Of a stretch of 44,643 bases of DNA, positions 17,478-26,076 are shown piece by piece. Under the pieces are notes generated by a model that worked only from the letters and a program-made list of their open reading frames with translations, was not told the origin of the DNA and made no database searches. The stretch's first letter is position 1; every line of letters starts with the position of its first letter. The DNA is from a virus. Taxonomy: Duplodnaviria > Caudoviricetes. Position numbers and translations under genes: made by a program. Location of the stretch: positions 1 through 44,643 of the IMG/VR virus record IMGVR_UViG_3300033067_000051; one strand, given 5' to 3'.

Positions 17478-19084
17478 GCTTTCCACTTACCTCGTTTCAT
17501 AGTAATGATGGTTCGCTTACCGTTAGGGTATGTCACAATGTGTGAGTGACTCCACGAACTCGGGCCTTTGTTATAGCCTAAGTCCAAGTCACACGCAACA
17601 CCAGCCACGTACACACCATCGACAATACCTGCCGAGTGTGAGTGCCCGATGTTACACTTGCGTCCAATACTCGTGAACGATTTAGCGGAACCCCGTCCAC
17701 CGTTCGGGCCGTTGTGTCCGTGAAGGCCGCACTCGATACCGCCAATCTCGTCACCGAAGATACTCAATGGTGAGTCCTCGGAACAGATTACGAATGAGTC
17801 GTCTTCCTTCAGGAAAATAACGTCCTCTAAATGGTGGTCTTCTCTCAGCGTCCATGCGAACACGTTGAAGGCTCGTTCGCCTTCTCGTAGTTGCTTGTAT
17901 ACCTGAGCATTGGCTCGGTGGAAGAACTCAGCGTTCTTTGGATCAACACGAATGTCTGCTTCCTTTAGCCAGCGAGTGAGCGCAAGATCATGGTTCGACT
18001 CTACGACAACAGCCGTAGTGCCAGACCGGGTTATGTGCTTCAGGAACTCTGCTGCGCCTTTGATACTCTTCTCCACATCATCAGTTCCATCGTACATCAT
18101 CTCAGCGAGGAAGTGCGGGTCTTTAATGTTGTGGTGATTCCGTACACGGAAGTCAGTTAAGTCGTGAATGAACTGCCATTGCGGCTTCAGGCGAGACAAC
18201 ATACTATGACGTTCTCCCCACGCTGCGTTCATTACAACATCGTCGATTCGCTCGAAGTGAATATCACCCCAGTTGATCGCGGCTGCGTTCTGCCCGGTCT
18301 CAATACCGTCCGGGCCGTACTTGGTGGTAATGTCGTAGAACGATCCCGAGTTGTCAGCAATAAGCTGACGGGCGAACCAGTCGCCATCGTCGTCAATCTC
18401 TACGAACAGAGCACCGAATACGTGGTGGAACTCAGCCTTCTGTCCTGCTTTCTTCTGGATGTAGTTACGCAATGTAACCGCGCCAGTCGTATACAGGAAT
18501 CTAGGGTCTTCACCTTTCATACGAGGAACGGATTTCATCCGAACCTTGGCATGTGGGATAATCCCAGAGTTATGCTGATTGTAGTTGTCGAAGCCTGATA
18601 GCGGGTCTTGTGCTGTCGGGAGAATGTTTAGCTCTCCGTTGAACACGAGCTTATCCGCAACCTGCACAGCTTCTTCCACAAAGAAAGGTTCAAGGCGTGG
18701 ATCGTACCACAGCCCATCGTCGTCCTTCTCTGCGTTCTGGAATCCCGACTTGTTGTAAGTGAACTTACTCACGATCAGTTGAGCATCGTTATGCTCACAG
18801 AAAGCGATCAGTGACTTAAAGAAGTTGTCATGCACATACGTATTGTTCTGTGCCGAGGTAAACACAAAGCGTTTACCATGCAACTTCGTTCGGCGCTTAT
18901 CTGGTGCTTCCACAACGCCGGAGGCCATAGGCCGGGAGTCCTCGTCCCCTCGTCGCAAAATGCGAGAGAGCTTTTGGTGGTTAATGTCCACGCCTGTACC
19001 GCGAAGGTGCTGTGCAGCAGCCCTCAGCGATCCATAGATGCGGAGCAGGGATTGAACCTCTGCTGCCTTAATCTCGCGTTCCAT
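17474..19084 (-). CDS. T5 A1-like protein (N-terminal HTH plus calcineurin-like metallophosphoesterase/nuclease)
   Basis: 536 aa; KRFVFTSAQNNT, NYIQKKAGQKAE, GDIH, HDLTDF..RNHH, ESNHD, GIECGLHGHNG and GHSH motifs, colinear with recalled T5 A1. Confidence 0.85.
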   Translation of the reverse strand: MEREIKAAEVQSLLRIYGSLRAAAQHLRGTGVDINHQKLSRILRRGDEDSRPMASGVVEAPDKRRTKLHGKRFVFTSAQNNTYVHDNFFKSLIAFCEHNDAQLIVSKFTYNKSGFQNAEKDDDGLWYDPRLEPFFVEEAVQVADKLVFNGELNILPTAQDPLSGFDNYNQHNSGIIPHAKVRMKSVPRMKGEDPRFLYTTGAVTLRNYIQKKAGQKAEFHHVFGALFVEIDDDGDWFARQLIADNSGSFYDITTKYGPDGIETGQNAAAINWGDIHFERIDDVVMNAAWGERHSMLSRLKPQWQFIHDLTDFRVRNHHNIKDPHFLAEMMYDGTDDVEKSIKGAAEFLKHITRSGTTAVVVESNHDLALTRWLKEADIRVDPKNAEFFHRANAQVYKQLREGERAFNVFAWTLREDHHLEDVIFLKEDDSFVICSEDSPLSIFGDEIGGIECGLHGHNGPNGGRGSAKSFTSIGRKCNIGHSHSAGIVDGVYVAGVACDLDLGYNKGPSSWSHSHIVTYPNGKRTIITMKRGKWKA

Positions 19085-19290
19085 TAAACCACCTTCTCGA
19101 TGTAATACTTTCCTTCTTCATCCTGCAACAGAGCGTTGGCAGGTTCATAAGGGAACTCTACATCGTAGTCCTGTACAACAGCACGAACTTGTACATCTCC
19201 GTTGAATACGGCGGTTACTACACCGTCCTCTACTACAACGTAAATGGGAATCTTTTCGGCTGGTGTCAAGTCTTCATCGTCAGGAGCCAT
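19084..19290 (-). CDS. Hypothetical acidic protein, 68 aa
   Basis: Overlaps the helicase end; TAATG-coupled downstream. Confidence 0.65.
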   Translation of the reverse strand: MAPDDEDLTPAEKIPIYVVVEDGVVTAVFNGDVQVRAVVQDYDVEFPYEPANALLQDEEGKYYIEKVV

Positions 19291-20545
19291 TAGCTACATC
19301 CTTGTATCTTGCAATGTGTGGTAGGAATTGCACCTCTGCTCGTGGATCGGCTGCTGCACCGTCACGGCGAAGTTTGTTTTTAGGCAAGCCTAACCAGCGA
19401 GAGCCAGCGAGAAGTGGGTCATTGACCGCACCAATCATAAGCTGGAAGTCACAAGCCCCTTGCTTGCCTGTCTTAGAGTCTTTCAACATACTGAGGCCGG
19501 GGAACTGTAGTCCATCACCCTCTACGCTGATCTGAGAAGTCGCTAAACAGATACAGTTGTACTTGACCGCGAGGTTACGCGCCCACTTGTACATCTCCTC
19601 AAGCTGCTGGTCTGTGCGAGACTCTCCAACGAACCCGTGGATGTTGTCGATCATATCGTATACAACAATACCGGGGTTCGAGTTTTCTAGGATAGCCTCA
19701 ACCTGTCCTACGTGGTAGTTGTGGATGTCGATCACACGTATGCGGTCTCTTCGACCTACTACTTTCTCGTACATCTTTTTCAACTTGCCTTCTTTGGATA
19801 GGTTCACGAGTTCGGGAATAGACTTCCCGAGCGCAGCCTGATAGTTCCGTTTAACAATACGTCCAGATAAGGACTCATTGTTGAGCCAGATAACATTTTT
19901 GTCTTCGGGCAACTGAGCCGCCATAAAGGTGATCTCAGAGCTTAGGAACGTGGTCTTCCCCTTGTCCGGACGACCAGCAATAATGCCAAAGTCTCCGGGT
20001 CTCAAAGGTCTCATACTCTCGTTCAGTGCATCTAGCCGCCATTTTATACCCGAGTTGTCGAGGTCTTCCTGAAGAAGTTCCCCGATGTCTGTGTCATTCC
20101 ACATCACGGCTTTCGCCCCAATGTTCATTTTATATTCATCTACAGCAGCCGAGATGAAGTCAGACAATGACTCGTGCATATTACCTTTTTCAAACTTGTC
20201 GATTGCATTAAGCACGTTGGTCGCCAAGTTTAGTTCGCAGAGTTCTCCAACGATACCCTGCTTCGTAGATTCATCCACATCCTGTGCAATGTTACGCAGT
20301 ACGCCTTTGTACGCGCTGAATTGCTCATCTGATAGGGTCGGATGCCAACGCTTGAACGCTGGCAAAAAGACTTGCATATCAATCATGTCATGCTCCGGAA
20401 ATTTTTTGAAGTATTTTCCGAAGTCCTGAATCAGGGCTTGTGTTTTTGGGTCTACGGCAGCCATCGGCACGTTATGCACTAGCTTAACGTACTCCTGTCT
20501 GTATTTAATAATACGTAGTAATACTACGTCGATCATGTTAGACAT
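19280..20545 (-). CDS. DnaB-like replicative helicase
   Basis: 421 aa; Walker A GRPDKGKT, Walker B VVYDMID, TSQ, and KNKLR motifs. Confidence 0.95.
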   Translation of the reverse strand: MSNMIDVVLLRIIKYRQEYVKLVHNVPMAAVDPKTQALIQDFGKYFKKFPEHDMIDMQVFLPAFKRWHPTLSDEQFSAYKGVLRNIAQDVDESTKQGIVGELCELNLATNVLNAIDKFEKGNMHESLSDFISAAVDEYKMNIGAKAVMWNDTDIGELLQEDLDNSGIKWRLDALNESMRPLRPGDFGIIAGRPDKGKTTFLSSEITFMAAQLPEDKNVIWLNNESLSGRIVKRNYQAALGKSIPELVNLSKEGKLKKMYEKVVGRRDRIRVIDIHNYHVGQVEAILENSNPGIVVYDMIDNIHGFVGESRTDQQLEEMYKWARNLAVKYNCICLATSQISVEGDGLQFPGLSMLKDSKTGKQGACDFQLMIGAVNDPLLAGSRWLGLPKNKLRRDGAAADPRAEVQFLPHIARYKDVANGS

Positions 20546-21336
20546 TATTCTGCCTTCCGTAGGTAGTCTTTGATTTCTGCTCGTGTATAATACTTAGGGT
20601 CTTTCTCCGATACAACAAGTTTCACTTTAACACCCTGCATCTGAAGCTGTCGCTTCACTTTGCGTAGTGCCTTGTCTCCACCTGCGTCCGGGTCTAGCCA
20701 GACATACGCTGTGTCTAGGTGCTTGGCGATCTGTACAACGCGCTCATCGGTCATAGTTGTACCGAGCAAGCATACTGTAGGCATGATCTGCCCCACCTTA
20801 ATCGCACTTAGTCTATCCTCCACAATCACTCCTTCTCGACCCGCTATCTCTTCTGGTGGTTCAGACCAGTAAAGGGCAGAGCGAATGTGTGGCCCGGTTG
20901 GGTTCAGATACTTCGGGCGTTGATTGGGTTGGACTGCCCGGTTCTGAACCGCTATCAGTTCCCCAGATTTTGACCATACAGGCATACAAATGCGATCCAA
21001 GGTAGGTGAGTAGCCGAGGCCATCCTTACGGGCGACCTCTGGGCTAATACCAGCCTTCAGGAACCATTGCATTGCGTGTTTGGGTATGTCTAGGGTAAAA
21101 TCTGACGGAAGGAATACATCTCGACTCTGACGAGTCTTGAGTTCTTCCCTATGCCGCAGCACATCAGACACTGATCTTTTTCCGTGACTCTTGTATTGTT
21201 TATTTCCGCATCTAAAGCAATAGCAGCTATATCCCCTATCGCTGTGCGACACGAGCATAGAGTTATCCTTCGCGCAACATGGCTGCCGTATAGTCTTGCC
21301 GCAAGGTAAGCTCTTGGCAACCTCTAGCCAGTCCAT
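20545..21336 (-). CDS. DNA primase (Zn finger plus TOPRIM)
   Basis: 263 aa; YCFRCG, PKYLN, IVEDRLSAIKV, WLDPDAGG and KDPK motifs. Confidence 0.93.
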   Translation of the reverse strand: MDWLEVAKSLPCGKTIRQPCCAKDNSMLVSHSDRGYSCYCFRCGNKQYKSHGKRSVSDVLRHREELKTRQSRDVFLPSDFTLDIPKHAMQWFLKAGISPEVARKDGLGYSPTLDRICMPVWSKSGELIAVQNRAVQPNQRPKYLNPTGPHIRSALYWSEPPEEIAGREGVIVEDRLSAIKVGQIMPTVCLLGTTMTDERVVQIAKHLDTAYVWLDPDAGGDKALRKVKRQLQMQGVKVKLVVSEKDPKYYTRAEIKDYLRKAE

Positions 21337-21345
21337 GTTAGTCTC

Positions 21346-21441
21346 CTATCCGAAGAAAATGCGTTTGATAAAGTACATAAGCAGTAATGCTGCGATCACT
21401 AGGCCGAAGAGTGTCCCCATTATAAACAGGAACACATCCAT
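21346..21441 (-). CDS. 31-aa single-pass membrane peptide (MDVFLFIMGTLFGLVIAALLLMYFIKRIFFG)
   Basis: Translated by hand; TAATG-coupled; its stop sits in the primase RBS. Confidence 0.6.
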   Translation of the reverse strand: MDVFLFIMGTLFGLVIAALLLMYFIKRIFFG

Positions 21442-21695
21442 TAGGCAGCAATCCAGACGATTTCTTTTTTGTTACGGTTGTTAAGACGAACACCGTTTTG
21501 TTTGATTCGGTTCATCTTCTTCAACTCCGTAAGCCGTGGACGGATGGAATAGTCCAACTCGCCAAGTGATGTAATCAGTTCAAGGGCAGTAATGCCTTCT
21601 TGACCCGAGTTCATTACAGCAGTCTCAACGCGAGAGCGTAATGACGGAAGTTTCGGCTTAATTGAATTGTAAGCCTCTTGTGATGTATTAATCAT
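21441..21695 (-). CDS. Winged-helix DNA-binding protein
   Basis: 84 aa; TSQEAY...GITALEL...SIRPRLTEL...IVW pattern of phage wHTH proteins. Confidence 0.7.
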   Translation of the reverse strand: MINTSQEAYNSIKPKLPSLRSRVETAVMNSGQEGITALELITSLGELDYSIRPRLTELKKMNRIKQNGVRLNNRNKKEIVWIAA

Positions 21696-21760
21696 GTAAG
21701 TTTCCTTATATGTCTACGTTATCAACACAGACGAACAACTCGCCTGTGGTCTTGGTTAGA

Positions 21761-21985
21761 TCAGAAGCGACCTGCTGGCATAACACCGTGTCTGTCGTCC
21801 AACCTAATGTTACTGGAGATGTGCAGTTCATGCACAGCCACACTAACGCCGTACTTATTATTCCGGGCATCCCAGTACCTCGTAATGCTAGGGAGTCTAC
21901 CTGACCGATAGAGTTCTCCCATTGTTTCACCTCGGTTCTCATAACTGGAACCAAGCGGGTCGGACACAATAACAGACGAGTTCAC
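21761..21985 (-). CDS. Hypothetical protein, 74 aa
   Basis: GTG start with GGGAG RBS; competing overlapping ORF at 21706..21969. Confidence 0.4.
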   Translation of the reverse strand: MNSSVIVSDPLGSSYENRGETMGELYRSGRLPSITRYWDARNNKYGVSVAVHELHISSNIRLDDRHGVMPAGRF

Positions 21986-21999
21986 GGGATGCTCCCGTT

Positions 22000-22476
22000 T
22001 TAAGGGTTGACGATAAAGTACGTGTTCTGCATTGGGTCGTATGTATATGCTTCTTCTTGCAGAGCTACTTCACCCGTTACCTGAACCACGTTACCGAGAT
22101 ACAGGATAGGATTCTCAACATCCTTCTGGATAAACTCCAGATGTGCTGTGCGTAGTTCTTCGTAAGAAGGTACAGTACCCGGCTCAGGCAGGTGCGATAG
22201 GTGCATAATGCTTTCCTGATCGTCAACCAGTCCTGAAGCGAACACCTTCGGCATCATTACAGAGGCGACGAGATATGAGGTCTCGCGGATTCCTTTGTAT
22301 GCTCCCAGAAGGATTTTGAATTGGATTCCGTTATCGACAAGGAAAGACATCACTTCATGTGCTGGCTTATTCGATGAGAAGATAACGAAGTTAGAGTCTT
22401 GTCGCGCCTCGTGAACGATTGGTGAGTAGCGAACCAGATCACGAGATTCTGATTCCACTGTTGCTGTCTGTGTCAT
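22000..22476 (-). CDS. S-adenosylmethionine lyase (T3 SAMase-like anti-restriction protein)
   Basis: 158 aa; FVIFSS...GAYKGIRETSY...QESIM...AHLEF...LG..VQV...AYTYD...YFIV follows the SAMase family motif order. Confidence 0.7.
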   Translation of the reverse strand: MTQTATVESESRDLVRYSPIVHEARQDSNFVIFSSNKPAHEVMSFLVDNGIQFKILLGAYKGIRETSYLVASVMMPKVFASGLVDDQESIMHLSHLPEPGTVPSYEELRTAHLEFIQKDVENPILYLGNVVQVTGEVALQEEAYTYDPMQNTYFIVNP

Positions 22477-22484
22477 GTTAGCTC

Positions 22485-22907
22485 CTACGCTGCATACTTG
22501 GTTGGATCAATATGGTACGGCATCTTACGAGCCTTCCACGACTTGTTCAGGTGCTTAACGAAGTCCGATGCACCCTTACCCGTATTGACAACTACATCGT
22601 GCCAGTTCTGCAAATCCAATAGAAACTTTTGGTCTCTTTTAGTTTTGAATTTCACGAGTTCGTTGTCTAACAATATCATTACGCCAGCACGATTCCAATG
22701 CTTACGAATTTTATTGCGTGTTGACCCTGCTGGTAATGAGGAGCCAATAACACATACGATTTGGTTTCTTGGCCCAGACGCATAAGCACATGAGCCTTTA
22801 ACGTCCTCCTTACTCAAGGCTTGCAGTTTACCTGCCTTGATGGCCTTGTACGCAGCTTCCAGCACCATGCGGGAATCAAGTACGATAGGCTGTAGTTGTT
22901 TAGCCAT
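22485..22907 (-). CDS. Hypothetical early protein (CxY...CVIG...LQNWHD family)
   Basis: Start MAKQL at 22907 with GGAG RBS. Confidence 0.7.
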   Translation of the reverse strand: MAKQLQPIVLDSRMVLEAAYKAIKAGKLQALSKEDVKGSCAYASGPRNQIVCVIGSSLPAGSTRNKIRKHWNRAGVMILLDNELVKFKTKRDQKFLLDLQNWHDVVVNTGKGASDFVKHLNKSWKARKMPYHIDPTKYAA

Positions 22908-23148
22908 TGTAGCTTCTCCGTTTTGTTGGATGATAACCGAATACGGCTGCCTTCCCTGCTTGCCCCGTGGCAATAGCGAACAGCACCTGATCCGGCATTT
23001 TGTTCCGTAATGCAAAACGCATCATGGAACGGCGGGTCTTGGTACGCATTGGTGTAGCCTGTGGCTTCATGGGATTAACATGGAAGCGCGGCAGGTTCAC
23101 TTCTGGCGCATCAAGCTGTGGTACTTCTTGTGGTTGAGTGTCCATCAT
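22900..23148 (-). CDS. Hypothetical early protein, 82 aa
   Basis: Coupled to both neighbours; GGAG RBS. Confidence 0.6.
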   Translation of the reverse strand: MMDTQPQEVPQLDAPEVNLPRFHVNPMKPQATPMRTKTRRSMMRFALRNKMPDQVLFAIATGQAGKAAVFGYHPTKRRSYNG

Positions 23149-23345
23149 TTCTCCATTTGTCGAGCGAGTTGCCCGATGGTTTTACCGCACATGATCTTGA
23201 ACAGTTCATTTACGGTGCGTTGGTGGTCTTTGTCCAGCCCTTTCACGAACTCCGCGATCTTCCGAGATTTTGCACCGTAATCCATGTTATGATACTCGAT
23301 CTCGGTTACGAACTCGTGGAAGAATACAGAGGAGTGAACTCTCAT
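23145..23345 (-). CDS. Hypothetical early protein, 66 aa
   Basis: TAATG/ATGA coupling on both sides. Confidence 0.7.
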   Translation of the reverse strand: MRVHSSVFFHEFVTEIEYHNMDYGAKSRKIAEFVKGLDKDHQRTVNELFKIMCGKTIGQLARQMEK

Positions 23346-23755
23346 TACGCGCTGGTTTTGTACTTAGCGATCATACGGTCAATACGCTTGATAACTTCCT
23401 TACGCTTGACCTTACGATCACCTCCACCGGGATACATAGTCGGATTGAATAGTTGTTCCGACTCATAATCAGTCAGACCGAAGAACGCTGCACCGGCGTT
23501 GTATCCGTCCTTACCTTCGTAGTAAGGCCAGTATTCACGAAGTTCCAATCCTTGTGCCATAAAGTGTGGGTGAAGAGCAGCCGAGCCTAAAGCACAAGCT
23601 GCACTTCGGCAGAATCCATTAACAGCTTCTGGATTACGTTTGCGATTGGTACTCCATATATCCATATTGAAAGCTGTGAATGGGAAGTATAACCAGTGAA
23701 ACTTCAGCAGATGCCGAAGGTCTTTTAGTCTAGTGATTCTGGTGCTGTTATGCAT
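23345..23755 (-). CDS. Hypothetical early protein (CxxAACAxG family), paralog 2
   Basis: FNMDIW...CRSAACALG...FFGL...LF; AAGGAG RBS. Confidence 0.75.
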   Translation of the reverse strand: MHNSTRITRLKDLRHLLKFHWLYFPFTAFNMDIWSTNRKRNPEAVNGFCRSAACALGSAALHPHFMAQGLELREYWPYYEGKDGYNAGAAFFGLTDYESEQLFNPTMYPGGGDRKVKRKEVIKRIDRMIAKYKTSA

Positions 23756-24149
23756 ACTGAGGCTCCTTGTTTCCTTTTAGATAATTTAAGATGCGATCCG
23801 CTACTTGATCTGCTGTCGGATCGTAAACTTCATAGTTACTGATGTCGAACAGATAATCTGCGTCTTTACTGGACAGACCAAAGAATTTAATTACGGCAGT
23901 CCAGTTATCCCACTTCTTATATTTTGGTACAAACCCACCTCCGTATTCCTTTGCCTGTAGTCCCAGTAACCGAATAGGCCACCAGAACATAGCAGAGCCA
24001 ACAGCACAAGCAGCAGTACCGCATGTACGTCCATCTTCACTCCCTTCTTCCCAAGAGTTTAGATCGAACTCTGTGTTTGGAAATATGCTGGAATGATTTC
24101 GCAGCATATACACCAATAGCCTCAATTTGAGGCGCTGCAACAAAGTCAT
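23748..24149 (-). CDS. Hypothetical early protein (CGTAACAVG family), paralog 1
   Basis: FDLNSW...CGTAACAVG...FFGL...LF; TAATG-coupled. Confidence 0.75.
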   Translation of the reverse strand: MTLLQRLKLRLLVYMLRNHSSIFPNTEFDLNSWEEGSEDGRTCGTAACAVGSAMFWWPIRLLGLQAKEYGGGFVPKYKKWDNWTAVIKFFGLSSKDADYLFDISNYEVYDPTADQVADRILNYLKGNKEPQYA

Positions 24150-24436
24150 TACTTTGACTTCAATTGTGTTGGTATGTCACCGCCGAATACTCGTGCCTTA
24201 ACGACACGGGCAAGCAGACCTACATACGCACCAAATGTGCTGAAGTCATTACCGAAGTCACGAAGCACTTTGCGACGATACATATCGGTAACTTGGCAGA
24301 ACGTGCCTTCTTTGCACGAGTCGCGGGAACCGCAGCCACAGCCTTCGGCTTCCTTCTCTACGATTTCTGCTTTACGTCCGGATACGAAGCCATATAAGCG
24401 GCATCGAACTTTAGAACAGATACCTGTTTGACACAT
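24149..24436 (-). CDS. Cys-rich hypothetical early protein, 95 aa
   Basis: TAAGGAG RBS; 7 Cys. Confidence 0.7.
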   Translation of the reverse strand: MCQTGICSKVRCRLYGFVSGRKAEIVEKEAEGCGCGSRDSCKEGTFCQVTDMYRRKVLRDFGNDFSTFGAYVGLLARVVKARVFGGDIPTQLKSK

Positions 24437-24447
24437 ATTTTTTCTCC

Positions 24448-24609
24448 TTAGTTGGTTACGAGTTGTTTGAATTTATGCGCCAGTATGTTATTACCACGCA
24501 TGGTTAAGGCACGTTCACCCGATTTGCTACCGAGATAGCTGCGGAGGAACGCCGGAATGTTACGGATTTTGTCCGTATTGTTCGCTGGTTTATGTTTCGT
24601 ATTACGCAT
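24448..24609 (-). CDS. 53-aa early protein containing IPAFLR
   Basis: Translated by hand: MRNTKHKPANNTDKIRNIPAFLRSYLGSKSGERALTMRGNNILAHKFKQLVTN; TAAGGAG RBS; fills the gap between neighbours exactly. Confidence 0.75.
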   Translation of the reverse strand: MRNTKHKPANNTDKIRNIPAFLRSYLGSKSGERALTMRGNNILAHKFKQLVTN

Positions 24610-24620
24610 GGATGTTCTCC

Positions 24621-24914
24621 TTACAGACGCAGGAAAGCGCCACCTTGTACATCGTCCATTTTGTTCTGGACTTCGTTCAGGGTAGCTGTGATAGCGCGGT
24701 TCTTAATATCGAACTCGCGGTTAGCATCGTCTTCAACTTGCACCGCTTTCGTTTCGACTTCCTGTGCGAAAGTGCGAAGGTCGGTAGCGTGTACCAGCTT
24801 CTGACGGTACTTCTTCAAGTTAATCTTATCTCTCGCCATTAAAGTGCGGATACTAAGATTAAGCACACCCCGATACAGACGGGCAGTACCATTGATGAGT
24901 TTAAGTTCAAGCAT
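24621..24914 (-). CDS. Hypothetical early protein, 97 aa (helical)
   Basis: GGAG RBS; its stop forms the next gene's RBS. Confidence 0.65.
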   Translation of the reverse strand: MLELKLINGTARLYRGVLNLSIRTLMARDKINLKKYRQKLVHATDLRTFAQEVETKAVQVEDDANREFDIKNRAITATLNEVQNKMDDVQGGAFLRL

Positions 24915-25237
24915 TGTTGACTCCGTTGTTTGATTGTGGTTACGAGTTGTTTAGAGTTAGCTACTACCAGACCATCGTGTACAACCCATCCACGCATAGT
25001 CAGTCTTTCATAACCGTAGAACTTACGAATTACGGTTATCATTAGCGAGTAAAACAGCCCACCAAATGCGGCTGCTGTCATACCAGCAAAAGTCCCATGC
25101 AGTAACCACGCAATCAAAAGCGTTACGGCTGCATCCATCACGGCAGGATAGCCCATGAACTTTCGCAATCCAAGTCGTGCTTGAACGATTAATACGACGA
25201 TAGCGGATAAGAATCCGATTGACATTGCGAATAACAT
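24839..25237 (-). CDS. Early multi-pass membrane protein
   Basis: GAGGTG RBS; 3-4 hydrophobic segments. Confidence 0.7.
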   Translation of the reverse strand: MLFAMSIGFLSAIVVLIVQARLGLRKFMGYPAVMDAAVTLLIAWLLHGTFAGMTAAAFGGLFYSLMITVIRKFYGYERLTMRGWVVHDGLVVANSKQLVTTIKQRSQQCLNLNSSMVLPVCIGVCLILVSAL

Positions 25238-25332
25238 GGCATCACCTCATTGTGTAAAAGTTATATAGGAACCAGTCTAATGTCTCAGCGAAAGTAGTCT
25301 CGGCGCTAGGCTGTTCTACTTTAACCCAGACA

Positions 25333-25584
25333 TTAGATCGCAACACGGTTAAATCCCATGATGTAATCCTGAAGGCTCCACTGTGATAGCGTAACCTTGG
25401 CATTACCCATGCCCTTGCGATTGTCTACCGCATCCAAGAGCAGAACAGTTTCCCCGTTGCTCATATTGGTCATGCGTGGCGACATGGTGAATTGGTCGCC
25501 GTATTCCTTTTCCAGTTTCAGAATCCATTTCTCTGCCTGTTTTAGTCTATAGCGCCGTTGGCGCGGTGTGAGTCCTGCTGCCAT
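25333..25584 (-). CDS. Hypothetical early protein, 83 aa
   Basis: TAATG-coupled. Confidence 0.7.
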   Translation of the reverse strand: MAAGLTPRQRRYRLKQAEKWILKLEKEYGDQFTMSPRMTNMSNGETVLLLDAVDNRKGMGNAKVTLSQWSLQDYIMGFNRVAI

Positions 25585-25793
25585 TAGTCAATCCTTTCAA
25601 ATCTGTGTGCATGACACCATACAGTTCGTGCACTGTCTACTTGTACCTGTAGATACTCAGGCCAAGTGAAATGTATATCTACGTATTGATCCTCATACTT
25701 TACTACCGTATATGACTCTCCCTCTTTGAGTTGCGGGTAACCGCTACTGCGTAGGCACTTCACCTTATCTCCGGGTGAGAATTTAGCAGCCAT
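25584..25793 (-). CDS. Hypothetical early protein, SH3/KOW-like (FSPGDKVKC...GESYTV)
   Basis: Start MAAKF at 25793, TAATG-coupled. Confidence 0.7.
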   Translation of the reverse strand: MAAKFSPGDKVKCLRSSGYPQLKEGESYTVVKYEDQYVDIHFTWPEYLQVQVDSARTVWCHAHRFERID

Positions 25794-26068
25794 TACTTTC
25801 CCTCCGTATAAATAGACCAATCTATACCATAGAAGCGGCGATATTCCTGCGCTGCTAGCATAGCATCGGTCATGCTATCAAACGTATCTAGTACGTGTCT
25901 CCGGCCTCGAAAGATGCCTATAAGGTGGAACGGCTTGCTCATATCCGGAGCGTTACTAGACCAGTCCATATACGCTGTAATCGACTTGGCTTTTTGTACG
26001 GCACTGTCTAATTCAGATACTGTACGGCCTACAATCTTATCGAGTAGCTCAGATATGCGCTTGTTCAT
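25793..26068 (-). CDS. Hypothetical early protein, 91 aa
   Basis: AGGAG RBS. Confidence 0.7.
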   Translation of the reverse strand: MNKRISELLDKIVGRTVSELDSAVQKAKSITAYMDWSSNAPDMSKPFHLIGIFRGRRHVLDTFDSMTDAMLAAQEYRRFYGIDWSIYTEGK

Positions 26069-26076
26069 GTTATCTC

